A DNA stretch of 37,501 bases from a virus (IMGVR_UViG_2526164690_000052); one strand, 5' to 3'. Numbered from the stretch's first letter, positions 8,863 to 17,943 are shown. The notes: generated from the sequence alone by a model not told the origin. Program-made: numbers and translations.

Positions 8863-9174
8863 ATGACGACTCCAACCAGACGGATAAGTTTCTATCTGAA
8901 GCCCACCGCCGTCAAGAACGAAGGAGAAGCATGCGCCTGGCTGGACAGCCTTACACCAGAAGCCCGCAAAAGCGGCCAACGCGTGGCTTTTCTGGCCGGG
9001 CTGGCACTTCTGAAAATGAATCCGGCAGAGGCTTATCGACTGGCTGCATGGGCTGGTGATGAAGCGTTATCAGTGACACAAACCAGGACAGAACGCCCCG
9101 CATCACAGCCAGTATCAACCGCACAGATAACCAGTCAGATGGCCGGAAATATCCGGGCGTTATTTCCTGAATAA
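8863..9174 (+). CDS. parR: ParR/StbB-like partition adaptor
   Basis: 103 aa from ATG 8863 (AGGAG 7 nt upstream); RRISFYLKP...AWLDSLTP...RVAFLAGLALL pattern resembles R1 ParR N-terminal RHH region; directly downstream of parM. Confidence 0.6.
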   Translation: MTTPTRRISFYLKPTAVKNEGEACAWLDSLTPEARKSGQRVAFLAGLALLKMNPAEAYRLAAWAGDEALSVTQTRTERPASQPVSTAQITSQMAGNIRALFPE

Positions 9175-9182
9175 CACAACAT

Positions 9183-9200
9183 CAGGGCGAGTTCGCCCTG
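9183..9200. terminator. Hairpin CAGGGCGA-GT-TCGCCCTG after parR
   Basis: perfect 8-bp inverted repeat immediately after parR stop; no clear U-tract. Confidence 0.35.
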
Positions 9201-9237
9201 CTCTCCACCTCAGAACATAAACAAGGAGAACGACTTA

Positions 9238-9828
9238 ATGAGCGAAATCAACTATCAGGCATTACGTGAACGTTATTCACCTGTGCCAGTACCGAAATGC
9301 CCTATTTGCGGCGAGGAAATGTCAATTCAGCGAATATCTGGAGCACAGGTTGTTTATGCCTGCTCCGGTTATGGTGATGATGGAGATTTCAAAATTGGCC
9401 AAACTCTTGCCGACGAACATTATGAAAAATCACGCGTAACAGTGTTGGATGTCGGGGATCCTGAAGTATTGGCGCTACTTGATTGGCTGGAAACCAAAGA
9501 CAACCGAATCGCTGAACTGGAAAAAATCGCCACTGACTATGCACTTAAATTCCAGAAAGCACAGGACGCATTAAAGTATGCCGCTTTGCTGCATAGCAGG
9601 ACGGCGCAACAAACAAATAATTTTGCAGTATCGCTTCCGGACATAAGCGAATATTTCATTAATGACGTATTTCAGCCCTTGCGATACGAGCGGGATGTTG
9701 AAAGAGCCATCATAAAGGCTGGCGGAAAAGCATTGTGGCAGGAGAAACACGAGGACAGAACGCATCAGTCCTGCGATGTAAATCGTGGATGGTTTAGCCC
9801 ACTGACGACAGATAAAAATAACACCTGA
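9238..9828 (+). CDS. Hypothetical moron protein with N-terminal Cys-rich (zinc-ribbon-like) region
   Basis: 196 aa; KCPICGEEM...YACSGYG near N-terminus; AGGAG RBS; occupies the tin/old-equivalent variable locus between A and cos. Confidence 0.5.
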   Translation: MSEINYQALRERYSPVPVPKCPICGEEMSIQRISGAQVVYACSGYGDDGDFKIGQTLADEHYEKSRVTVLDVGDPEVLALLDWLETKDNRIAELEKIATDYALKFQKAQDALKYAALLHSRTAQQTNNFAVSLPDISEYFINDVFQPLRYERDVERAIIKAGGKALWQEKHEDRTHQSCDVNRGWFSPLTTDKNNT

Positions 9829-9840
9829 TCCCCCTCAAAC

Positions 9841-9866
9841 CAGGGCGATAATCGCGCATCGCCCTG
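9841..9866. terminator. Hairpin CAGGGCGAT-N8-ATCGCCCTG after the 196-aa gene
   Basis: 9-bp perfect inverted repeat; same stem core as hairpin at 9183-9200. Confidence 0.35.
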
Positions 9867-10317
9867 CTGCACAATAGTGCACAAGTTTGCACAATTTTTT
9901 TGAACGACTTTTTACCCTTCCGGCCCGCATGGCGGCTGGATCCGTCAAGGATCCGTGCGTGCACAAAAAAACGCGCTTTTTCTGCGCGCAGGTGACGGGG
10001 GAACAGCCCGCGTTTCAGGGGGTAAATAGCATCCCCTGAACGATGTCGCAGCGACACAACAGAATGGCTGTATTTCTCACGCTGAGCGTGAAAAAGACGT
10101 GAGGGCTTTTGATTTGATGGGTGGCAGATAAGGCCGTCAAAATCGCACTGAGGCGGCGAGAACATGCAGTCAACGCGGTGGGATTGCGTAAGAGTCTGAC
10201 CGCCGATGATGACAATAAGCAGAAAAGCGTCGTGAAATTATCTGATTGATACAGGAGCTGGAGAGTCGGGGCATAAATTTTTTATGCCCCGGCGAAGCAG
10301 CAGACAAGCGAAGCGCG
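9867..10317. other. cos / packaging-site region (candidate cohesive-end sequence near 9991-10009)
   Basis: non-coding stretch between accessory locus and 3' end of portal gene Q, the position of cos in P2-like genomes; dense in palindromes (CTGCGCGCAG 9982-9991) and phased repeats; GGTGACGGGGGAACAGCCC matches the P2 cohesive end as recalled at 13 of 19 positions. Confidence 0.4.
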
Positions 10318-11364
10318 TCAGGATGTGGGCTGGGTATCTAGCAGTGCGTAAGGGTTAAAGCGGATCACCTCTTCGCCAAGCCAGTCATTGATGTGCTTCA
10401 TGGCCTCCATGACGGGCATCAGCTCGTTAATTGCGTAAACCCGCGCGGCCTTCTCCACATCACCAAACGCACTTTTTTCGCCCGGCATCGCCCCCATCAG
10501 TTGCGGCGGAACGCGGTGCGCAGCCAGCACATCATCACGGGATGCCGCCTTAACATTCATGAACTCATCCTTTGCAGTGATCTGCTGGAACGGCAAAATT
10601 TGCACACCTTCTTTGCCCCCGTTGGGCGCATGGATGAGTACGTTTTTAAACGCACCACCACCACGCGCGCCCTGTAACGTTTCTTTCAGGGAGTCCATGC
10701 TTTCGCGGTTTACCTGCGCTGCACCGATGTAGATGATGCACCCGGCGTGGGATCCGTTGTCGTAGTACAGTTTTCTGAACATGTCCGCCGAATGAGAAAG
10801 GCTGGCCGAGAGTAATGCGCCAAGATATTCCGGCATGCCGTAGATTTCCTGGTTAATATCCGGATTCATCAGGTGGCACACTTTGCCAGGGCGAAACTGG
10901 AACGCGTCCTTGCCATCCTGCACATACCACCATGATTCAAGATCGCTTCCGCGTCGCATGTATTTCGCCAGGGCGTGCCGTAATTTAAGCGGTTCGCCGA
11001 GCATATTGCTTCTAAGCTCAAGGAATGCGTTACCGAACACAAACCAGTCCAGCGCCAGCGCCGAGAAATCCTGCCGGGAAAGCAGCGGGTGCGGGATGTA
11101 GCAACCGAGTAATACATTGCGCTTAAAGTAAAGCGCAGACTGATGCCAGGACGTTTGCCGGGCTGCTCTTGCCAGACCGTACCAGTCCACCGGGGTTTCA
11201 TACCACCGTCCGTTATCAGCACAGTACATATTGTCCAGCAGGTCATGCCCGGTCAGGCGATAAGGACCATCAAATGTGAATGCACTGAGCGATGATTCTT
11301 TCCTGAGCGCATCAGCGAGATCAATGCGTGAACTCATGCGCACTTTTTTATTTTTTCTGCTCAT
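10318..11364 (-). CDS. Q: Portal protein gpQ
   Basis: 348 aa; P2 Q-like sequence and synteny (Q-P leftward, overlapping P stop by ATGA). Confidence 0.9.
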   Translation of the reverse strand: MSRKNKKVRMSSRIDLADALRKESSLSAFTFDGPYRLTGHDLLDNMYCADNGRWYETPVDWYGLARAARQTSWHQSALYFKRNVLLGCYIPHPLLSRQDFSALALDWFVFGNAFLELRSNMLGEPLKLRHALAKYMRRGSDLESWWYVQDGKDAFQFRPGKVCHLMNPDINQEIYGMPEYLGALLSASLSHSADMFRKLYYDNGSHAGCIIYIGAAQVNRESMDSLKETLQGARGGGAFKNVLIHAPNGGKEGVQILPFQQITAKDEFMNVKAASRDDVLAAHRVPPQLMGAMPGEKSAFGDVEKAARVYAINELMPVMEAMKHINDWLGEEVIRFNPYALLDTQPTS

Positions 11365-13115
11365 CAGAACTCCATAACCGTGAAACGCTCGTTTTCTCCT
11401 TCGCCGCCAATCGGTTCGTTAATGACAGCAAGCATGGTTGCCCACGCAAGGTCGCCGTGGCTGATCCCCCTCGCGCGGTCCGTTTCGTAAGTGATAAAGC
11501 CGCCCGGTGTTTTCACCTTACGCACGGCGTTAAAGGCCGCGACCAGCTCGCGTTCGGCGCGATCGTATTCCCACCGCCCGGCACGCATTATTTGCAGCAT
11601 TTTCAGTACCAGCGACCGTTTTGATGACAGCGTGAAGGTGTACGGAATAGCAGCAGGGAAAAACCGTTTCACTATCTGATAAACAGCCTCCCCGTTCCCG
11701 CCCGTCACATCAATGCCGATGTGTTCCACGTTGTAGCGATACGTGAACTCTTCAATGACTCTGGCCTGTTCTTCAAACTCCAGCCCCTGAACGCGTCGCG
11801 TCTCCACCGTTCGAAAACGGCCACCAGGAACAGCCGGAGGAACCACCACGGACACAGCGCCGCTGTCGCCGTTGCCACTACTGCCGTTTGCGTCATACCC
11901 AATCCATACCGGACGATTCCCCATCGGGCGGGGAGCAAAAGGTTTCCAGTCTTTCCAGTCGTCGTATCCGTCAACACCGCAGCCAATCAGGATATTCAGG
12001 TTAAATGCCGATTCCCCTTCGCGGACAAACTCACACATATAGAGATTGAGGAACTCGTCTTCGGTGTTTTCATCACGAATTTCGTCGATATCGGTGTGTT
12101 TCCAGCCGTGATTGACCACATCTTCCAGCGTGACAATTTGCCGCCACGTCCGGTCAGGGCAGATAAGCCCGTTATGCAGCGTTTTCCAGTCCACAGAAAA
12201 ACGCTGGCGTTTATGCGTGGCCTTTTTCTCGTTCCAGCGGTCGCCGTTCCAGTAGGCGTATGCCTCGTGCGTTTCGGTGGATGGCGTGGAGAAGTAGGTG
12301 CGCCGCAGTCCGCTGAGGGTTGCCATAGCGCCAGCCACCTTGCGCAGTTCAGCAAAGCGACTGACCCAGAAAAATTCATCAAAATAAAAATTGCCCGTAT
12401 AGGACTGTGCCGACGCAGCAGAAGTGCCGAGAAAATGCAGCTCTGCGCCGTTGGAGAGGATGATTTTATCGCCCCCTTTCAGCTCCACATCAACTTCAGC
12501 CGCGGCCTTCTGAATAATGCTTTTAAACTGGAACGCCTGACGACGCGACGCAGACAAAAAAATCTGGTTACGCTGGTAAGGTTGCGCCACATCGTCACGC
12601 AGCGCCATCAGCAGAGCTTCCTGTGCAAAATACCAGGTCGCCCCAATCTGTCGGGATTTCAGGATCATCCTGTTACGTATCCCGGCTTCCCTGCAAAGGG
12701 TCAGGGAGTCAAACCAGCCCCGCTGATGCCACTCCAGCCTGCTGATGATTTTTTCCCGCAGTGCGGCAATCTGTTCCGGCGTGAAATGATTTTTGAGTTT
12801 TTTCGCCCGGCCTTTCTTTCCTGTGACCGTCGCATCCGGCTGGCCATCATGCAGTTTTTTAAGCTGCCGGGTCAGCAGGTCTATTTCCTTAAAGTCACCG
12901 CCTGTTTTATTCTGTTTTTCAGTAAGCTGGATGAGGCGCGCATCGATGGACTGCGTGACACGCTGCACGGGTGGCGTTTCATCCCACTGGTCGCGTTTTT
13001 TCCACGCATAAATCGTGTTCGGGTTTATTCCCATCAGACGTGATATTTCTGCGGGCGGATAACCCTGCCAGTAAAGTTGCCGCGCACGCTGGCGCACAAA
13101 AGCGTCCTGAATCAT
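11364..13115 (-). CDS. P: Terminase large (ATPase) subunit gpP
   Basis: 583 aa; P2 P-like; divergent from O across a 120-bp late promoter region. Confidence 0.9.
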   Translation of the reverse strand: MIQDAFVRQRARQLYWQGYPPAEISRLMGINPNTIYAWKKRDQWDETPPVQRVTQSIDARLIQLTEKQNKTGGDFKEIDLLTRQLKKLHDGQPDATVTGKKGRAKKLKNHFTPEQIAALREKIISRLEWHQRGWFDSLTLCREAGIRNRMILKSRQIGATWYFAQEALLMALRDDVAQPYQRNQIFLSASRRQAFQFKSIIQKAAAEVDVELKGGDKIILSNGAELHFLGTSAASAQSYTGNFYFDEFFWVSRFAELRKVAGAMATLSGLRRTYFSTPSTETHEAYAYWNGDRWNEKKATHKRQRFSVDWKTLHNGLICPDRTWRQIVTLEDVVNHGWKHTDIDEIRDENTEDEFLNLYMCEFVREGESAFNLNILIGCGVDGYDDWKDWKPFAPRPMGNRPVWIGYDANGSSGNGDSGAVSVVVPPAVPGGRFRTVETRRVQGLEFEEQARVIEEFTYRYNVEHIGIDVTGGNGEAVYQIVKRFFPAAIPYTFTLSSKRSLVLKMLQIMRAGRWEYDRAERELVAAFNAVRKVKTPGGFITYETDRARGISHGDLAWATMLAVINEPIGGEGENERFTVMEF

Positions 13116-13269
13116 TGCTCCCCCTGAGTAATTACAGGAAGATTACCCGCGCGCGAAACTGTTCTCCTTAACCCCCTGTTCTGGCCGTTTTCTTACAACA
13201 AAATCCCTTTGTATCAGCCTGTTACGCTTTGCCATCATGACTGAAGAACCAGTCAGAGGGGCAAAAACT
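13116..13269. promoter_or_regulatory. Divergent late promoter region (P and O operons)
   Basis: intergenic region between divergent P and O; contains TGT...ACA dyad (cctgttctggccgttttcttacaac); assignment by synteny with P2 late promoters. Confidence 0.4.
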
Positions 13270-14106
13270 ATGGCTAATGAAAAAAAGACATCCCGCAAAA
13301 AGTTTCGCGTGGCTGTCTCCGGATCAACTGTTGATGGCCGCGAAATCAGCCCGGTACATCTGCATGAAGCCGCCGAGAACTTCAACCCGGATGTTTACGC
13401 TGCCCGCGTGAACGTTGAGCACTATCTCTCGCCATGCCCGTCAAGCGAATTTTCCGCAATGGGCGATGTCACCGCGCTGAGTACGGAAGATATTACGGAA
13501 GGCCCGCTGGCCGGACGTACTGCGCTGTATGCAGAAATCGAACCGACCGAGCGCATGAAGCAGCTTGTCGCTGACGGCAAGAAAATCTATTCCAGTATCG
13601 AACTGCACCCGCAGTTCTCCGTTAACGGGCGTGCCTATCTGGTCGGGCTGGCGATGACCGACACCCCGGCAAGCCTGGGCACTGAGCGCCTGAAATTCAC
13701 GGCACAGCAGCGTCAGGCGGTGATGACGTTCAACAGTATCCAGGGTGAAGCACCGCTTATCTCCGAAGCCATCGAGTCTGAAATCATCGAAATGGCAGAA
13801 CAACGCCAGGAAGAAGGCACCCAGTGGTTTAACCGCGTAATGGGGATTATTGGTCGTGGCCGCAAAGCGGATGACGCCAGTTTCTCCCGTATTCAGGAAG
13901 CGGTGGAAGGCGTTGCAACATCACAGGCCGACATTATCGACCGTTTTAATGTGCTGGAAACCCGCCATCAGCAGGACCGCCAGAAAATCACGTCACTGAC
14001 CACAGAGCTGACAGCACTGAAGGAAAAACTGCGCACGCAGGACGGCGATCCGCAGAACCGCTTCACCGCAACGGGCGCAGCCTCCGACCAGCTGGCTGAC
14101 TTCTGA
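13270..14106 (+). CDS. O: Capsid scaffolding protein gpO
   Basis: MANEKKTSRKKFRVAVSGSTVDGREIS resembles P2 gpO N-terminus; ORF-track frame 13237..14106 with start moved to ATG 13270. Confidence 0.85.
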   Translation: MANEKKTSRKKFRVAVSGSTVDGREISPVHLHEAAENFNPDVYAARVNVEHYLSPCPSSEFSAMGDVTALSTEDITEGPLAGRTALYAEIEPTERMKQLVADGKKIYSSIELHPQFSVNGRAYLVGLAMTDTPASLGTERLKFTAQQRQAVMTFNSIQGEAPLISEAIESEIIEMAEQRQEEGTQWFNRVMGIIGRGRKADDASFSRIQEAVEGVATSQADIIDRFNVLETRHQQDRQKITSLTTELTALKEKLRTQDGDPQNRFTATGAASDQLADF

Positions 14107-14129
14107 TAAGACAAAGGAGCAAATTTTTT

Positions 14130-15182
14130 ATGAATCTGGTGATGTCAGATATTACCCGCAACAAGCTGGGTTGCTATATGGCGCAGCAGGCGTCGCTTAA
14201 CAATATCCCGGTATCTGCACTGGTATCGCGATTTACCGTGGAACCCGCGGTGCAGCAGCGTTTTGAAAACGCCTCAAAGGAAAGTACCGAATTTACGAAA
14301 AGAATTAACGTGATCGGCGTGACCGACCAGAAAGGCGAAAAAATCCTCCCGGACACCACCGGGCCAATTGCGCGCACGAATAGCAGTTATGACGGCATCA
14401 AACGCCGTAACCCGAATAACGTGATCGATATGAAGTCTCGTCAGTACCAGTGCGAACAGGTGAACTACGATACCTTTATTTCGTACCCACAGCTTGATAC
14501 CTGGGCGGCCCACAGCGATTTTCAGTCCCGTATCAGTACACAGATCGCCCGGCAGGTAGCGCTTGATCGCATCATGATTGGCTTTAACGGCACATCCCAC
14601 GCCTACGAGTCTGATTTTCACACCAACAAGCTGCTTCAGGACGTTAACGTGGGCTGGCTGGAGCACATCAGAACCGATGCCAGCAAGCGCGTAATGAATG
14701 ACGTGACGCTGACCTCCCGCAACATGGACAACACTGTGGCGCACGCGGGTAAGTATGCGAATGCCGATGCTCTGGTACAGGATGCGCGCTCATCCCTGCT
14801 GGATGAATGGCACAAGGAAGCTGACGACCTCGTGGTGATTATGGGGCGCAACCTGTTTAACTCGCTGCGTCTGCCCGTGCTGAACAGCATCAGCGGCCAG
14901 AATCCCAATGCGGAATTACTTGCCGGGCAGCTCATCCTGTCATCGCGCACCATTGGCGGGCTGGGCGTGTTCCTTGCGCCGTTCTTCCCGGATGCAACGA
15001 TGCTTATCACCTCGTTCAACAACCTGTCGATTTACTGGCAGAAAGGTTCAATGCGTCGTCTGATGAAAGACGAGCCGGAATACAACCGCATCGCCACCTA
15101 CCAGTCCATCAATGACGCTTATGTCGTTGAAGACTATGGCAAGTGCGCGATGGTCACTGGCCTGAAGTTCGCCGACAGCTAA
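14130..15182 (+). CDS. N: Major capsid protein gpN
   Basis: 350 aa; P2 N-like (FTVEPAVQQ..., FNGTSHAYESD..., VVEDYGK blocks); AAGGAG RBS. Confidence 0.9.
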   Translation: MNLVMSDITRNKLGCYMAQQASLNNIPVSALVSRFTVEPAVQQRFENASKESTEFTKRINVIGVTDQKGEKILPDTTGPIARTNSSYDGIKRRNPNNVIDMKSRQYQCEQVNYDTFISYPQLDTWAAHSDFQSRISTQIARQVALDRIMIGFNGTSHAYESDFHTNKLLQDVNVGWLEHIRTDASKRVMNDVTLTSRNMDNTVAHAGKYANADALVQDARSSLLDEWHKEADDLVVIMGRNLFNSLRLPVLNSISGQNPNAELLAGQLILSSRTIGGLGVFLAPFFPDATMLITSFNNLSIYWQKGSMRRLMKDEPEYNRIATYQSINDAYVVEDYGKCAMVTGLKFADS

Positions 15183-15227
15183 TCAACTCACGGCGGGCAT
15201 CATGCCCGCCTGTAACGGAGAGAAAAA

Positions 15228-16028
15228 ATGATTACTCCTGCACAACAACACTGGCAGAACGTGATGGCACAGCGCGCAGGCCGGGCGAATGAAGGTGTGG
15301 ACCACGCCGCGTGTACCGCGCATGAAGAAGTGCTGTATCGTCTGCGTCTGGCACAGGCCAGGCTAAAGGCCATACAGGCCAGAAGCGCGAAAGCCGCCAT
15401 CAAAAAAGAGTTGTTGCCGGACTTTTCCGGCTGGATTGAGGGAACGCTGGAGGCTGACGGCGGGCAACAGGACGAAGTAATTGCCACGCTGATGGTGTGG
15501 GCGATTGACTGCGGCGATCTTCCACTGGCGCTGCGTATTGGTGCATATGTGGTCCGTCACAACCTCATCATGCCGGATAACTTTGGCCGTACTGCTGCCA
15601 CGGTACTGACCGAAGAAATCTGCAACCCGGTACTGACGCAGGCTGGGACGGATGCCGACGCGGATTTATCCGCCTTTATCGAACCACTGGACACACTTTG
15701 GGAAATTGTCGCCAACCAGGACATTCCGGACGAAGTGCGCGCCAAATTATGCAAGGCGTGTGCCTTTGCCCGTCGTGGCCTGACCGATGCAGACAACATG
15801 GCCTCATCACTGAAGCTGCTGCGCGAAGCGATGCACCTGAACCCGAACGCAGGTGTGAAACGCGAGATTGCAACCCTTTCCCGCGCCCTGAAAAAAGCCG
15901 ATTCCGCAGCCGAACCAGAAGACGCCAGCGCACAGCAGGCGCAGGACGAAAGCAGCAAAAATAAAAAGACAACGCGGAAGCCTGCAACACGAAAAACCAC
16001 CGCGACGCAGAAGGCAAAGCGCGGTTAA
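15228..16028 (+). CDS. M: Terminase small (endonuclease) subunit gpM
   Basis: 266 aa; P2 M-like; synteny. Confidence 0.85.
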   Translation: MITPAQQHWQNVMAQRAGRANEGVDHAACTAHEEVLYRLRLAQARLKAIQARSAKAAIKKELLPDFSGWIEGTLEADGGQQDEVIATLMVWAIDCGDLPLALRIGAYVVRHNLIMPDNFGRTAATVLTEEICNPVLTQAGTDADADLSAFIEPLDTLWEIVANQDIPDEVRAKLCKACAFARRGLTDADNMASSLKLLREAMHLNPNAGVKREIATLSRALKKADSAAEPEDASAQQAQDESSKNKKTTRKPATRKTTATQKAKRG

Positions 16029-16045
16029 CGACTGACCCCGTCAGC

Positions 16046-16115
16046 GGGCGGCGTGCGCGGTGTTCCGGTTTGACTCCGTGACCGTTTACACCGCGCACCC
16101 ACCGCCCGATTTTTT
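16046..16115 (+). terminator. Intrinsic terminator/attenuator-like hairpin between M and L
   Basis: GGGCGGCGTGCGCGGTG (16046-16062) pairs with CACCGCGCACCCACCGCCC (16089-16107), followed by T6 run (16110-16115). Confidence 0.45.
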
Positions 16116-16120
16116 CAGGA

Positions 16121-16624
16121 GTGAACCCCATGAGTATGGTTGCCAGAACTAACCCCGGCCCCGCAGAGGACGACATCACCGATACCGATGATGGCGACAC
16201 TCGCATTTCAGCGGGTGCATTCTGGCCGGATATTGTGCTGCGTGAGCTGCGTCTGGCGGTACGACTGCCGGGCCGCGTGACCACCTCCCGCCTGCTGCAT
16301 ACCGCCACCGGGGCCATAGCACACGTTACCCGCGAGCTGGAAGCATGGCAGCAGGAACAACAGGCGGCTGGCTATCAGACGCTGGCCGATGTTCCGGCCC
16401 CTGTAATTAACGGAGAAAGCGTCAATCTCTGGCACTGGCGCAATGCTGTTTATACCGCCACACGCGCCCTGATTCTGGAGCGTTACCGCGATGCGGACAC
16501 AACGGACAAGGGCGACCGCCGGGCGGACGCACTGGATATACAGACATCGGATTTGTGGCGCGATGTGAGCTGGGCCATCTCTGACATTCTGGGACGACCG
16601 CGAATGTTTGCGGAGCTGTGCTGA
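16121..16624 (+). CDS. L: Head completion/stabilisation protein gpL
   Basis: 167 aa; synteny and P2 L-like sequence; GTG start. Confidence 0.85.
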   Translation: MNPMSMVARTNPGPAEDDITDTDDGDTRISAGAFWPDIVLRELRLAVRLPGRVTTSRLLHTATGAIAHVTRELEAWQQEQQAAGYQTLADVPAPVINGESVNLWHWRNAVYTATRALILERYRDADTTDKGDRRADALDIQTSDLWRDVSWAISDILGRPRMFAELC

Positions 16625-16824
16625 TGAAAGTGAAGGCACTGGAAGGCGACACCGTGGATTCGCTCTGTTTCCGGTACTACGGCACGACACGGGGCGTCAC
16701 CGAAAAGGTGCTGGATGCCAACCCCGGACTCTGTCAGCAGGTATTTCTGGACGCCGGGCAGGAAGTGGAGATGCCGGAGCCGGAGAAGAAGAAACGAGAA
16801 ATGATTCAGTTGTGGGGGGAGTAG
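16624..16824 (+). CDS. X: Tail protein gpX
   Basis: MKVKALEGDTVDSLCFRYYG... P2 X-like; ATG overlaps L stop. Confidence 0.8.
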   Translation: MKVKALEGDTVDSLCFRYYGTTRGVTEKVLDANPGLCQQVFLDAGQEVEMPEPEKKKREMIQLWGE

Positions 16825-16826
16825 CA

Positions 16827-17150
16827 GTGAGCACCATTCAAACAGGGATCACAGAGCAGGTTATTGCGTGGCTCTTTGACCACCTGCCAACGGTGTATGC
16901 AGTAGGCGCGGCTGTCAGCATTTCCGCGCTGATGAGTCTTTATGACGGACGAACACTGGTTCAGACCGTAACGGGATCGCTGGCGTGCGGCGTTCTTGCC
17001 ATGGCCGTGGCCGGGTCGCTGCGCTTCTTCGGGATCCCTGAGGATGCAGTGACGTTTTTTGGTGCCTCAATCGGTTTTATGGGCGCAGAGAAAGCACGCG
17101 ACAAGGTTATTGCAATATTTGATCGCAGGGTGAAGGAGAGGAACGAATGA
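16827..17150 (+). CDS. Holin (class with 2-3 TM segments)
   Basis: about 107 aa from GTG 16827 preceded by GGGGGGA; hydrophobic segments; position equals P2 gene Y. Confidence 0.55.
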   Translation: MSTIQTGITEQVIAWLFDHLPTVYAVGAAVSISALMSLYDGRTLVQTVTGSLACGVLAMAVAGSLRFFGIPEDAVTFFGASIGFMGAEKARDKVIAIFDRRVKERNE

Positions 17151-17539
17151 GCAACACATTTAAATTCAGCAGCCGAAGCGAAAAGAATTTGCAGGGTGTA
17201 AATCCTGATCTGGTGAAAGTGACCCGACGGGCGCTGGAAATCTCGGAAGTGGATTTTGGTATCACCGAAGGATTGCGCAGTCGTTATCGTCAGAAGCAGC
17301 TCGTGACCACAGGCAAGAGCCAGACCATGAACAGTCGCCATCTCAAAGGGCATGCCGTGGATGTTGTGGCTTATGTTGGCAGCCAGGTGTCATGGGAATG
17401 GCCGCTGTACGAAAAAATCGCAGCAGCATTCAGACAGGCCAGCCGGGAACTGAATATTCCGGTGGAATGGGGCGGCGACTGGAAGACCCTGAAAGACGGA
17501 CCGCATTTTCAGTTACCACACGGAGCCTATCCGGCATGA
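17147..17539 (+). CDS. Endolysin, peptidase M15 (L-Ala-D-Glu peptidase / VanY-like) family
   Basis: 130 aa; motifs SRHLKGHAVDV and WGGDW...PHFQ typical of zinc D,D/L,D-peptidases; this is not the lysozyme-type P2 K. Confidence 0.7.
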   Translation: MSNTFKFSSRSEKNLQGVNPDLVKVTRRALEISEVDFGITEGLRSRYRQKQLVTTGKSQTMNSRHLKGHAVDVVAYVGSQVSWEWPLYEKIAAAFRQASRELNIPVEWGGDWKTLKDGPHFQLPHGAYPA

Positions 17540-17943
17540 AGCTCTGGCCCACGCTTGGCGTCGCTTTCCTTCTGATTGCCGCATGGGGAACATCCATGCG
17601 TCTGTCGTGGTCGCTGGGCCGGGAGAACGCCAGAAACGAAGCGCAGGCCAGCACCCTGAAAAGTACCGTCGACACACTGAATATCATCAGCGCCGGGGTA
17701 CAGGATATGCAGCAGGTGCTGGCTCAACTCCGCGCGGACAATCAGCAACGCAATCAGGACGGAGAGGTAAGACGTGAACAGCTACGCAACGATATTGCAA
17801 AAGATGAATGCGCCCACGCTTTGCCTGACGCTCGTTTTACTGACAGGTTGCGCAGGCACGCAGAACGCGCCACGGCCAGCGCCGTCAGTCCGGCTTATAC
17901 CGCAGACGCTGACCATGCCGGTAACGCCTCCCCCCTTCCCTGA
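17536..17943 (+). CDS. Inner-membrane spanin (Rz/LysB-like)
   Basis: ATG 17536 overlaps endolysin stop; N-terminal TM (LWPTLGVAFLLIAAWG) then coiled-coil-like region. Confidence 0.6.
   Translation: MKLWPTLGVAFLLIAAWGTSMRLSWSLGRENARNEAQASTLKSTVDTLNIISAGVQDMQQVLAQLRADNQQRNQDGEVRREQLRNDIAKDECAHALPDARFTDRLRRHAERATASAVSPAYTADADHAGNASPLP

Noticed and set aside
9794-10215. Minus-strand ORFs of 123 and 66 aa in the cos region
   Set aside because: The region is full of palindromes and repeats typical of a non-coding packaging site; the ORFs have no RBS and odd composition, and P2-like genomes carry no gene there.
11721-13043. Long ORFs antisense to known phage genes (e.g. 11721..13043 +, 4835..5536 -, 15676..16317 -, 22415..23011 -, 28010..29002 +, 6426..6911 -)
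   Set aside because: They lie entirely inside well-supported genes on the other strand in GC-rich DNA, where long open antisense frames arise by chance; no RBS or homology support.
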